Shown here: piece after piece, positions 20,114 through 29,033 of the stretch | How the letters are laid out: every line of letters begins with the position of its first letter | Numbering within the stretch: position 1 is the stretch's first letter | Origin: an uncultured Granulicella sp. | Lineage (GTDB): Bacteria > Acidobacteriota > Terriglobia > Terriglobales > Acidobacteriaceae | DNA length: 64,000 nt | Direction: 5' to 3' | NCBI GenBank assembly: GCA_963693065.1 | Contig: OY843766.1 | Location: 1,098,212-1,162,211 of the forward strand | Position numbers and translations under genes: made by a program | Notes under the pieces: generated by a model | The model's database searches: none | Told to the model about the DNA's origin: nothing | Seen by the model: the letters and a program-made list of their open reading frames with translations, nothing else

Positions 20114-20188
20114 AGACCTAACATGCCGTGGAATAAGCCATACCGCGTTCGATTGGTAAGCGAATCGGCTCTGAGATGTTCATTTGAT

Positions 20189-20265
20189 TGGTAGCGTTAC
20201 CGGGGCTCGAACCCGGACTCTTCGCCTTGAGAGGGCGACGTGTTAACCAGTTACACCATAACGCC
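20189..20265 (-). tRNA. tRNA-Glu (anticodon CUC)
   Basis: The reverse complement folds as a 77-nt cloverleaf: GGCGTTA tg GTGT aactggtta ACAC g TCGCC ctCTCaa GGCGA agagt CCGGG ttcgagc CCCGG TAACGCT a CCA. It has a G1-U72 wobble and an encoded CCA. Confidence 0.85.
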
Positions 20266-20360
20266 AAAAAGCGGAACCACTTGACAAACACGCAGCTCAA
20301 ACAACCCTGCCTGTCTTTCAATACCCTACCAAACCCGGCCCCACAAAACAAGGCCCACAT

Positions 20361-20409
20361 CCCTAACCCCAATGCAATGAAGAATTTGCACCAAAAAGGG
20401 GAGGGGGGC
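20361..20409 (+). repeat. repeat family R3 (copy B)
   Basis: CCCTAACCCCAATGCAATGAAGAATTTGCACCAAAAAGGGGAGGGGGGCC. It ends immediately before the stop codon (20410-20412) of the minus-strand DUF507 gene. Confidence 0.75.
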
Positions 20410-20685
20410 CTACAATCCCAGCTTTTTCACCTCATCGTTGTAGTACTTCCTGTACAGGATGTCCCATTCCTGCGACCCCTCCACAATAATCTTCCGTTGC
20501 GAAGCGATCTTCTGCCGCGCCCCCGCATCCAGCTTCAGCTCATCCATAAGCAGCTTCTCCAGCGCCTTCCGCGCTTCCTGACGAATCGTATTCCGATCCT
20601 CCATGAAATCGCATTCCGCCGTCTCCGCCAACGTATCCGCTACCGTGTGCGCCAGCTTGTTCAGCTTATCCCGGCTGATCCTCAT
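20410..20685 (-). CDS. DUF507 family protein
   Basis: 91 aa. MRISRDKLNKLAHTV...SQEWDILYRKYYNDEVKKLG matches my memory of DUF507 proteins. Confidence 0.7.
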   Translation of the reverse strand: MRISRDKLNKLAHTVADTLAETAECDFMEDRNTIRQEARKALEKLLMDELKLDAGARQKIASQRKIIVEGSQEWDILYRKYYNDEVKKLGL

Positions 20686-20960
20686 AGCACCGCCTTGTAC
20701 TGGCTCACAAGCTTCAGCTTGATCTTCTTGAACATCTCCGGGTAGCTTACGCCGCCCTTCCGCATGTCCTCCTGGATGGCCTCCAGAATCGCTCGAACCT
20801 CATCATTGATGCGGTCTTCCAGCGACAGTTCATCCACCATCGCCGTCGTCACCCGCTCGTTCAAAACCGCCACCTTCTCGGTCGCGATCATCTTGTCGGC
20901 GATCAGTTGCTTCACCGTCTGGCGCGCCAAATACCCGACGTAATCCTTGGAAAAAATCAT
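20682..20960 (-). CDS. DUF507 family protein (paralogous partner)
   Basis: 92 aa from the ATG at 20960 (MIFSKDYVGYLARQTVKQL...). Its stop overlaps the next gene's start as ATGA. The track's longer N-terminus is implausible. Confidence 0.65.
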   Translation of the reverse strand: MIFSKDYVGYLARQTVKQLIADKMIATEKVAVLNERVTTAMVDELSLEDRINDEVRAILEAIQEDMRKGGVSYPEMFKKIKLKLVSQYKAVL

Positions 20961-21012
20961 GAGCTTTGACCCAAAGTATAGCACCCACCCACCACATCTG
21001 AGACAATCGAAA

Positions 21013-21474
21013 ATGATGCAACCTGATAACCTCCTAGCCCTCAAAGACGACATGATTGCCTTCATCGCCGGACTCGGCCTCCGCCGCATGCCCGGCTACG
21101 TCACAGAAGAAGTCCCCACCGTTCTCTTCGAAGAAGATAACCCCGACGGCTGGAAAGATTTCGTCGAGCACGCCAAGGCCGCCAACGCTTCCTTCATCAC
21201 CATGAGCGAGGTCGTCCTCGAGAAATCCGACATCTCCATCCTCCTCGAGCAGCTCCAGCACCACACCTCGCAGGATGACGGCGACCTCGACATCGACGAC
21301 GCCGAGGCTCTCCTCAAGCACGTCGGCAAAGCCGGCTATCTCCAGCTCGGCTTCGCCCATCAGGGCGTCATGTTCCTCTTTGAGGTCTCCACCACCTGGT
21401 ACGACCGCTTCCAGGACCTCATGGAAGCCGCCACCGATATCTCCGGCATGGTCGTAGACGATAACGACGAATAA
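21013..21474 (+). CDS. hypothetical acidic protein
   Basis: About 153 aa from the ATG at 21013. It is strongly acidic (DDGDLDIDDAEALL, C-terminal VVDDNDE). Its stop lies 3 nt before the recJ start. I recognise no domain. Confidence 0.55.
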   Translation: MMQPDNLLALKDDMIAFIAGLGLRRMPGYVTEEVPTVLFEEDNPDGWKDFVEHAKAANASFITMSEVVLEKSDISILLEQLQHHTSQDDGDLDIDDAEALLKHVGKAGYLQLGFAHQGVMFLFEVSTTWYDRFQDLMEAATDISGMVVDDNDE

Positions 21475-21477
21475 GCC

Positions 21478-23286
21478 GTGCCTCTAAATCCGTCCAGGCC
21501 CCAGGCCCGTTGGCTCCTCACTCCCTCCAATCCAGACCTTGCCGCCACCCTCGCCGCAAGCCTCGGCTGTCCCGCGCCCATCGCTTCCCTCCTCCTCGCC
21601 CGCGGCATCGCCACGCCCCAGCAGGCCCACCACTTCTTCAACCCCACCCGCGCTGATCTCCACGACCCTTCCCTTCTCCTCGGCATGGCCGCCGCCGTCG
21701 CCCGCATCCAGCAAGCCGTAGCCGCCCAGCAATCCATCCTCATCTACGGCGACTACGACGTAGACGGCACCACCGCCACCGTCCTGCTCAAGACCGCCAT
21801 CGAGCGCATCGCTCCCGCCAACCTCCCCGCCCGCGTCACCTTCCACGTCCCCCACCGCCTGCGAGAAGGCTACGGCATCCAGAACGTTCGCCTCGCCGAG
21901 GCCGCAGCCGCCGGCATCCGCCTCGTCATCTCCGTCGACACCGGCATCCGTGCCTTCGCCGCCGCCACTGAAGCAAAAGCCCTCGGCCTGGACCTCATCG
22001 TCACCGACCACCACCTCCCCGACGGCGCAGAAGGTCTCCCCGAAGCCGTCGCCGTCATCAACCCAGCCCAGCCCGGCTGCCCCTACCCCAACAAAAATCT
22101 GTGCGGCGCCGCCGTAGCCTTCAAGCTCGCCCACGCTCTCCTCGCCGCCAGCGACACCCAGCGTCTGCTCCTCCCCAGACTCATCCCCAGCTTCCTCAAG
22201 CTCGTAGCCATCGCCACCATTGCAGACTCCGTCTCCCTCACCGGTGAAAACCGCACCATCGCCGTCCTCGGCCTCCGCGAACTCGCCAATCCCATCCAGC
22301 CCGGCCTCCGAGCCCTCATGCAGGTTGCCCAGCTAGCCCTCGATCAACCTCCTTCCGCTACCGAAGTAGGCTTCCGCCTCGCCCCCCGCATCAACGCCGC
22401 CGGCCGCATGGACATCGCCTCTGACGTAGTCGATCTTTTCCTCACCCGCGACCCCGTCCTCGCTCAGACTCTCGCAAAAAAGCTCGACGACCTCAACACC
22501 GACCGGCGCGCCACAGAAGCCGCCGCCCTCGACGCCATCGAGGTCCAGCTCCTCACCCTCCGCCTCCCCGACGGCTCCCACCCCGCCACATGCATTGTCC
22601 TCGACCATCCCTCCTGGCATCGCGGCGTCCTCGGCATCCTCGCCTCCCGCGTCGTCGAGCGCACCGGCCGCCCCGCCCTCATCCTCACCTCAGACGACCA
22701 CCACGCCCATGGCTCCGGCCGCTCCATCCCCGGCTTTCACCTGCTCGACGCACTTACCGCCATCGACCACCACCCCCCCGTCTTCACCCGATTCGGCGGC
22801 CACGCCCATGCCGTCGGCTTCACTCTCCCCATCGACCAACTCCCCACCCTCCGCGCCCGCATGCAGTCCCATTCCCACGGCCTCCTGACCCCCGACCTCC
22901 TCACCCCAGAGGTCGTCATTGATCTCGAACTCACCCCCGCCGACATCACCCCAGACCTCTTCGCTTGGCTCAATCGCTGCGCCCCTTTCGGAATGGATCA
23001 TCCCGAGCCCGTCTTCCTTATCCGCGCCCTCACCCTCGCCGCCCCACCCCGCCTCATCAAAGAACGCCACGTCTGCCTCGCCCTCACCCAGACCGCCGCC
23101 GGACGCCCTCTCAGCGCCATGGGCTGGTCTCGCTCGCACCAGATCCCCTGGTCCGAGCGCACCGCCCACCTCACCGCCGGCTCCACCTTCGATTGCGTCT
23201 GCCGCCTCCGTGAAAACAAGCATCCCCAGTACGGCGGCCTGGAGCTTGAACTCGTAGACATCGCCCCCGCCCCTGAGATCGCTTGA
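21478..23286 (+). CDS. recJ: single-stranded-DNA-specific exonuclease RecJ
   Basis: 602 aa with DHH-family motifs: ILIYGDYDVDGTT, VISVDTG, IVTDHH, and DHHA1-like GGH. Confidence 0.9.
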   Translation: MPLNPSRPQARWLLTPSNPDLAATLAASLGCPAPIASLLLARGIATPQQAHHFFNPTRADLHDPSLLLGMAAAVARIQQAVAAQQSILIYGDYDVDGTTATVLLKTAIERIAPANLPARVTFHVPHRLREGYGIQNVRLAEAAAAGIRLVISVDTGIRAFAAATEAKALGLDLIVTDHHLPDGAEGLPEAVAVINPAQPGCPYPNKNLCGAAVAFKLAHALLAASDTQRLLLPRLIPSFLKLVAIATIADSVSLTGENRTIAVLGLRELANPIQPGLRALMQVAQLALDQPPSATEVGFRLAPRINAAGRMDIASDVVDLFLTRDPVLAQTLAKKLDDLNTDRRATEAAALDAIEVQLLTLRLPDGSHPATCIVLDHPSWHRGVLGILASRVVERTGRPALILTSDDHHAHGSGRSIPGFHLLDALTAIDHHPPVFTRFGGHAHAVGFTLPIDQLPTLRARMQSHSHGLLTPDLLTPEVVIDLELTPADITPDLFAWLNRCAPFGMDHPEPVFLIRALTLAAPPRLIKERHVCLALTQTAAGRPLSAMGWSRSHQIPWSERTAHLTAGSTFDCVCRLRENKHPQYGGLELELVDIAPAPEIA

Positions 23287-23339
23287 AAAAAAGTGCTTCG
23301 TTTCTGCGACATCCCAGTCTTATATACTGACCTAACGCT

Positions 23340-24593
23340 ATGGCGACCACCACTCCTGCACAAAGCCGCGCCACCACAGCCCTACTCTGGCTCGCAGCCA
23401 TCGCCGTCCTTCTCGCAGTCGTCTTCGGCATCCGCTATCTCACCCGGGACGAGACCCCCGTCCACGTTGCCCCCGCCACCTTCCAGACGCTGTCAAGCAC
23501 TGTGCCCACCAATGGCAAGGTTGAGCCCGTAGGCGAATTCCAGGCCCACGCTCCCAATGCCGGCGTCGTCCAGCGCATTTACGTCGATGTAGGCCAGCAC
23601 GTAGCCGCCGGGGCCCGCCTCGTCGACATGGATTCGTCTGACGCCCGCAAGCAGCTCGCCGCAGCCGAGTCCAATCTCGCCTCCGCGGAGGCTTCCCTCG
23701 CCGATCTCACCAACGGCGGCAATACTGAGGAGCGCAACCGCTTCGCCAACGACATAGCTGCCGCCAAAGCAGACCAGCAGCAAGCCCAGCAATCGCTGGA
23801 AGTCGAGCAGCGCCTCCAGGCCCGCGGTTCCTCCTCGACCGGCGCCGTCCTTGCCGCTCAGCAGAAACTTGACGCCGCTACCCTCACTCTCCGCAACGCC
23901 CAGGCCCGCACCTCCGGCCGTTACAGCACCACAGACCGCTCCAGCGCCCAGGCTCGCGTCGCAGACGCCAAGGCCGGCATCGCTGCCGCAAAGGCCACCC
24001 TCGGCGCCGTCACCATCACCTCACCCCGCGCCGGCACCGTCTACTCCATCCCCGTCAATGAGTACGATTACGTCCCCGCCGGCGACGACCTCGTCGACGT
24101 AGCCGACCTCAACCACCTCCAGGTCCACGCCTACTTCGACGAGCCCGACATCGGCAAACTCGCCCGCGGCCAGGCCGTTAAAATCACCTGGGAGGCCAAG
24201 CCCGGCATGGTCTGGCATGGCCACATCGAGCAGCCCCCCACCACAGTCGTCACCTACCAGAACACCCGCAACGTAGGCGAGTGCATTATCTCGGTAGACG
24301 ACGCCCACGGCGACCTCCTCCCCAATACCAACGTCACCGTCACCGTCACCGAGTCCCAGCGCTTCAACATCCTCAGCATCCCCCGTGAAGCCCTCCGTAC
24401 CGAAGGCTCCGTCACCTACGTCTTCCGCATCGTCAACAACCGCCTGGTCCGCACCCCCATCAAGGTCGGCATCTTCAACCTCACCAGCGTCGAAGTCCTC
24501 AGCGGCTTGTCCGATAAGGACCTCGTAGTCCTCGGCCCCGCCATCAGCGGCAAGGACCTCGTCAACGGCATGGAGGTCAAGCCAGTCTCCTGA
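23340..24593 (+). CDS. HlyD/MacA-type periplasmic adaptor (membrane fusion protein)
   Basis: 417 aa with an N-terminal membrane anchor (ALLWLAAIAVLLAVVFGI), a long coiled-coil hairpin and a C-terminal beta-barrel. Confidence 0.8.
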   Translation: MATTTPAQSRATTALLWLAAIAVLLAVVFGIRYLTRDETPVHVAPATFQTLSSTVPTNGKVEPVGEFQAHAPNAGVVQRIYVDVGQHVAAGARLVDMDSSDARKQLAAAESNLASAEASLADLTNGGNTEERNRFANDIAAAKADQQQAQQSLEVEQRLQARGSSSTGAVLAAQQKLDAATLTLRNAQARTSGRYSTTDRSSAQARVADAKAGIAAAKATLGAVTITSPRAGTVYSIPVNEYDYVPAGDDLVDVADLNHLQVHAYFDEPDIGKLARGQAVKITWEAKPGMVWHGHIEQPPTTVVTYQNTRNVGECIISVDDAHGDLLPNTNVTVTVTESQRFNILSIPREALRTEGSVTYVFRIVNNRLVRTPIKVGIFNLTSVEVLSGLSDKDLVVLGPAISGKDLVNGMEVKPVS

Positions 24594-24595
24594 CC

Positions 24596-25540
24596 ATGAC
24601 GCTCAGCCTTCCCATCCTGATGCTTGCCGCCACCGCCACCCTCGCGGCCCAACCCCCGGCCGCCCTGTCTGCCCCTGCGCAAGCCCTCATGCAGGGCCGC
24701 ATGGCAGACGCAACCGCCCTCCTCGCCAAAGCCCCCGCCACACCCGCCACCCACCTCCTCCTCTGCCGCGTAGACTACGCCCAGAACCTCACTGACCCCG
24801 CCGTCACCGAGTGCCAGGCCGCCGCCAACGCCAACCCAAACGACAGTGCCACGCAGCTTTGGCTAGGCCGCGCGCTCGGCCAGAAAGCCGCTCACGCCAG
24901 CGCTCTCTCGGCCTTCGTCATAGCCCGCCACTGCCGTGAAGCCTTCGAAAAAGCCGTAGCCGACGACCCCTCCAACCCCGATGCCGCCAACGACCTCGCC
25001 GAGTTCTACATCGCCGCCCCCGGCATCGTAGGCGGCGGCAAGGATAAAGCCGCCGCCCTCGCCACACGCATCGCCACCTCCCTGCCCGCCGCCTCCCACC
25101 GCATCCTCGCCCTCCTCGCAGAAAAGAATGGCGACCTCCCCAAAGCCGAAGCCGAATTCAAAGCCGCCATCGCCGCCTCCAAATACCCCGACCCCCTCAT
25201 CGATCTCGCCCACTTCTACCAGACCCACGCCCGCCCGGACGACGCCGCAGCCACCATCAAGCTTGCCCTCGCCGCCAACCGTAACCACGGCCCGGCCGAC
25301 GTTGACGCCGCCAGCATCCTCACCGACGCCAACCGCGATCCCAAACTTGCCGAGCAGGCCCTCCGCGACTACCTCAATTCATCCGCCCAAACCGATGCCG
25401 CTCCCGTCTTCAAAGCCCACCTCGCTCTAGCCCGTCTCCTCGCCAAACAGGGCGACCCCGCCGCCGCCAAGGCTGAAAACGTCGCCGCCTTCGCCCTCGC
25501 ACCCCAGTATGCTCCCGCCAGAAAGGCTGTAGGCCAGTGA
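24596..25540 (+). CDS. secreted TPR-like repeat protein
   Basis: 314 aa with a signal peptide (MTLSLPILMLAATATLAAQ) and Ala-rich helical repeats. It is translationally coupled on both sides: a 2-nt gap upstream and a GTGA overlap downstream. Confidence 0.6.
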   Translation: MTLSLPILMLAATATLAAQPPAALSAPAQALMQGRMADATALLAKAPATPATHLLLCRVDYAQNLTDPAVTECQAAANANPNDSATQLWLGRALGQKAAHASALSAFVIARHCREAFEKAVADDPSNPDAANDLAEFYIAAPGIVGGGKDKAAALATRIATSLPAASHRILALLAEKNGDLPKAEAEFKAAIAASKYPDPLIDLAHFYQTHARPDDAAATIKLALAANRNHGPADVDAASILTDANRDPKLAEQALRDYLNSSAQTDAAPVFKAHLALARLLAKQGDPAAAKAENVAAFALAPQYAPARKAVGQ

Positions 25541-26871
25541 AGCCCCTCCTAATCTTCGCCCTCCTTACCGTCTCCTCCGCCCCTGCACAGGTCTCCCTCA
25601 CCACCGCCGTCTCGCTCGCCCTCGGCAACAGTCCCAAGGTCAAGATCGCCGCCGACGATCTAGCCAAATCACGCGCCACGGTTGACGAGTCTGTCGCCGT
25701 CTTCATCCCCGCAATCTCCATCGGTGCCGGCCTCGGCAACAACTACGGCTATTCTCCGTACCCACCAACCTTGTTCGCTCTTTCCGCACAATCCCTCCTC
25801 TACGGCTCTTCGCAGTTCGATTACATCCGTTCCGCCCGATCCGGCCTGCAAGCGGCTCAGTTCTCCCTTGATGAAGCCCGCGCCGCCGTCTCTGAAGATG
25901 CCGTCACAACCTACATCGCGCTTGACCACGACCAGCAACGTGAAGCCGTCCTCCACGACCAGCTCACCTTCGCCACCCGGCTCGCCACCATCTCGCAAGA
26001 CCGTTTCGACGCAGGCCGCGACACAAACCTGGACCTTACCACCGCCCGCCTCACCGCTGCCCAGTTTCGTGAGGCCGTTCTCCACGCCGAAGATGAAACC
26101 GCCAATAACCGCAATCATTTATCCAACCTGATCGGTATCACCGCCGGCATCGTCAAAACCGAGGGTCCTTTCCCCCCCCTCCCATCGCTTGATCTCGATG
26201 CGCCCCCAACCACCCAGTCGCCCGCCATTGCCGCCGCCTACGCCAGCGCCAAAGCCAAGCAGGAGCAAGCTTGGGGGGATGCCCGCTACCTGTACCGCCC
26301 ACAGTTTTCATTCCTTGCCCAATACCAGAACTACGCTACGTACAGCAGTTCCTTTCAGGACATCCAGACCTCCTACGAGAAAAGTAGTCCCAACGGAAAA
26401 TCTATCGGCCCGAATGCCGAGGCGTTCGCCGTCCAGGTCACCCTTCCCCTCTTCGATAAAGTCCGCCAGGCCAAAGCCCGCGAGTCCGCCGCCGACGCAG
26501 CCCACGCCCTCCATGAAGCAGATTCCGCCCGCCTCACCTTCACCGAGGGCCAATCCAAACTCGCCCGGTCCATCATCGAGCTGCGCGCCCACGCTGAAAC
26601 CGCCACCCTCCAGCAGCAACTCGCCCAGCAGCAACTTGACGCTCTCCTCGTCGAACTCAACGCTCCCCCAGTCGACAATCGCCCCCAGCTAACCCCCAAG
26701 GATGAGCAGAACGCCCGCATCGCCGAGCGTGAAAAATACCTCGCTTTTCTCGACGCTACCTTTCAGCTTCGTCAGGCCCAGATATCCCTTATGCGCCAGA
26801 CCGGCCAGCTTATCCCGTGGCTCCGCACTGTCGCCACCCCCACTTTCGTTCCCATCCCGTCCAACAAATAA
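25537..26871 (+). CDS. TolC-family outer membrane efflux protein
   Basis: 444 aa with a signal peptide and duplicated OEP repeats with coiled-coil segments. Confidence 0.8.
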   Translation: MKPLLIFALLTVSSAPAQVSLTTAVSLALGNSPKVKIAADDLAKSRATVDESVAVFIPAISIGAGLGNNYGYSPYPPTLFALSAQSLLYGSSQFDYIRSARSGLQAAQFSLDEARAAVSEDAVTTYIALDHDQQREAVLHDQLTFATRLATISQDRFDAGRDTNLDLTTARLTAAQFREAVLHAEDETANNRNHLSNLIGITAGIVKTEGPFPPLPSLDLDAPPTTQSPAIAAAYASAKAKQEQAWGDARYLYRPQFSFLAQYQNYATYSSSFQDIQTSYEKSSPNGKSIGPNAEAFAVQVTLPLFDKVRQAKARESAADAAHALHEADSARLTFTEGQSKLARSIIELRAHAETATLQQQLAQQQLDALLVELNAPPVDNRPQLTPKDEQNARIAEREKYLAFLDATFQLRQAQISLMRQTGQLIPWLRTVATPTFVPIPSNK

Positions 26872-26956
26872 GCGCGAACCTCACCCGGCACCCACGCTTC
26901 TACATACAACCCGCAGGCACAAACCTGTAACCGAATGGTAAAATTTAGGCACACTC

Positions 26957-28450
26957 ATGAACATCAAGCCGCTCAAAACTCTCTTGCTCAATCCGCCTTC
27001 TTTCGAAAATTTCGATGGGGGCGCTGGCTCCCGCTGGCCCGCCGTCCGTGAAATCGAGTCCTACTGGTACCCCGTCTGGCTCGCCTATCCCGCCGGCCTG
27101 TTGGAAGGCTCACGCCTCCTTGACGCCCCGCCGCACCACGTTTCCGCCGCGGAAACCATTGAAATCGCCAAGTCCTACGAATTCCTGGTCCTCTTCACCT
27201 CCACCGTGGGCTGGTCCAGCGATCACGGCCTGGCCCAGGCCATCAAGCAGGCCAACCCCTCCATCAAGATCACCTTCGTCGGCCCGCCCGTCACCACAGA
27301 CCCAGACCGTGCCCTCGACGAGTGCTCCGCCATCGACTTCGTCTGCCGCCGCGAGTTCGACTTCTCCGTCGTAGAATTCGCCAACCGCAAACCGCTCGAC
27401 GAAATCCTCGGCATCTCCTACCGCATGCCGGACGGCACCCACCAGCACAATCCAGACCGTCCCCAGGTCGAAAAACTCGACAAGCCCGACATGCCCTGGG
27501 CCACCGAGATCTACGCCCGTGACATGGACGTCACCAAGTACAACGTCCCCTTCCTCCTCCACCCCTACGTCTCCCTCTACAGCACACGTGGCTGCCCCGC
27601 TCAATGCACCTTCTGCCTCTGGCCCCAGACCCTTTCCGGCCACGCCTGGCGCAAGCGCTCCACAGATGACGTAGCCGCTGAAATGGCCAACGCCAAAAAG
27701 CTCTTCCCCCACGTCAAAGAGTTCTTCTTTGACGATGACACCTTCAACATCCAGAAAGAGCGCACCATCGAGCTCTGCGCCAAGCTCAAACCGCTAGGCC
27801 TCACCTGGTCCTGCACCTCGCGCGTCACCACCCACCGCGACACCCTCAAGGCCATGAAGGATGCCGGCTGCCGCCTCCTCATCGTAGGCTTCGAGTCCGG
27901 CGACCCCCAGATCCTCAAAAACATCAAGAAGGGTGCCACCGTCGAGCGCGCCCGCGAGTTCGTCAAGGACTGCCACGACCTCGGACTCATCATCCACGCC
28001 GACTTCATCCTCGGCCTCCCCGGTGAGACCCGCCAGTCTATCCGCAACACCATCGACTTCGCCAAAACCCTCGACTGCGAGACCATCCAAGTCTCCATCG
28101 CCCACGCCTACCCCGGCACCGAGTTCTACGAATTCGCGGAAAAGGGCGGCTTCATCACTAACCACAAAATGGACGACGACCACGGCCACCAGATGGCCCA
28201 CATCGAGTACCCCGGCCTCCCCGTCGAGTACGTCATGGAAATGGTTCACCGCTTCTACGACGAGTACTACTTCCGCCCCAAGGCCGCCTTCCGCGTAGTC
28301 TGGAAAGCCATCGTCAACCGCGACGTCCCCCGTCTCTACGTAGAAGCCAAGTCCTTCATGAAGCTACGCTCCCAGCGCAACAAGGCGAGCCGCAAAATGA
28401 AGGAAGAAAACGCCCTCAAGCAGCAGGAATCCGTCTCCATGAACGCATAA
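26957..28450 (+). CDS. hpnJ: hopanoid biosynthesis-associated radical SAM protein HpnJ
   Basis: 497 aa with a B12-binding-like N-domain and the radical-SAM CxxxCxxC motif (GCPAQCTFC). The N-terminus KTLLLNPPSFENFDGGAGSRWPAVREIESYWYP matches my memory of HpnJ. Confidence 0.8.
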   Translation: MNIKPLKTLLLNPPSFENFDGGAGSRWPAVREIESYWYPVWLAYPAGLLEGSRLLDAPPHHVSAAETIEIAKSYEFLVLFTSTVGWSSDHGLAQAIKQANPSIKITFVGPPVTTDPDRALDECSAIDFVCRREFDFSVVEFANRKPLDEILGISYRMPDGTHQHNPDRPQVEKLDKPDMPWATEIYARDMDVTKYNVPFLLHPYVSLYSTRGCPAQCTFCLWPQTLSGHAWRKRSTDDVAAEMANAKKLFPHVKEFFFDDDTFNIQKERTIELCAKLKPLGLTWSCTSRVTTHRDTLKAMKDAGCRLLIVGFESGDPQILKNIKKGATVERAREFVKDCHDLGLIIHADFILGLPGETRQSIRNTIDFAKTLDCETIQVSIAHAYPGTEFYEFAEKGGFITNHKMDDDHGHQMAHIEYPGLPVEYVMEMVHRFYDEYYFRPKAAFRVVWKAIVNRDVPRLYVEAKSFMKLRSQRNKASRKMKEENALKQQESVSMNA

Positions 28451-28460
28451 CCTGCACCAA

Positions 28461-28497
28461 AGAGGCCGGCACGGACACTCGTGCCGGCCTCTTTTTT
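28461..28497 (+). terminator. rho-independent terminator after hpnJ
   Basis: AGAGGCCGGCACG-gacact-CGTGCCGGCCTCT gives a perfect 13-bp stem followed by a T-run. Confidence 0.85.
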
Positions 28498-28595
28498 CAC
28501 CGGTTCTCGCCCGCATGATTGGCACTCAAGCTAAGCATCTGTCCCAATGGCCGCTTCACTCGCCTCGCATGCTGCATTCCGGAAGCCCCAAGGCC

Positions 28596-29033
28596 ATGAC
28601 TCACAAGCTCACGCCCAAACAATACGGCACCCTCCTCGCAGTCGTCTTCACCGCCTCCTTCGGTGACGCGCTACTCTCCCGGGGCATGGCCCAGGTCGGC
28701 CCGGTCGACTTCCACCACCTATCCCTTCTCCTCCACGCCCTGCTCAATCTCAACGTTGTCTGTGGCATCGTCCTCCTCATCGGCTTCTTCGCCACATACA
28801 CCGCCGCGCTCTCCTGGGCCGATCTCACCTTCGTCATGCCCGCCACCGCGTTCGGCAACGTCCTCATCGCCCTCATCGCGCGCTTCTGGCTCCACGAGCC
28901 CATTTCCCTCTCCCGCTGGCTCGGCATCCTGCTCATCACCTCCGCTGTCGGCTTCGTCGCCAACCGGCCCGCCCGCACCTCACTCGAAATCAACCCGGAG
29001 CTCCCCATCACCGAGTCCGGCGTGGCGGTCTAA
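28596..29033 (+). CDS. half-size DMT/EamA-like membrane protein (about 4 TM)
   Basis: 145 aa from the ATG at 28596 (MTHKLTPKQYGTLLAVVFTASFGDALLSRG...). It is hydrophobic with a single EamA-like domain. Confidence 0.6.
   Translation: MTHKLTPKQYGTLLAVVFTASFGDALLSRGMAQVGPVDFHHLSLLLHALLNLNVVCGIVLLIGFFATYTAALSWADLTFVMPATAFGNVLIALIARFWLHEPISLSRWLGILLITSAVGFVANRPARTSLEINPELPITESGVAV

Larger units (their letters stand above)
19517..20188. mobile_element. degraded low-GC remnant of an integrated element at the 3' end of tRNA-Glu
   Basis: About 52% GC in two hand-counted 60-nt samples, against 63-72% in flanking genes. It lies directly 3' of the tRNA, holds an HTH-tail gene fragment and an orphan ORF, and has no integrase or detectable att repeat. 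Confidence 0.3.

Noticed and set aside
20188-20745. 185-aa plus-strand ORF.
   Set aside because: It starts inside the tRNA-Glu gene and runs antisense through a DUF507 gene, so it is an artefact.
28461-28497. hpnJ and the DMT pair as one operon.
   Set aside because: A perfect 13-bp-stem terminator with a T-run lies between them, so co-transcription cannot be assumed. The functional link remains a hypothesis.
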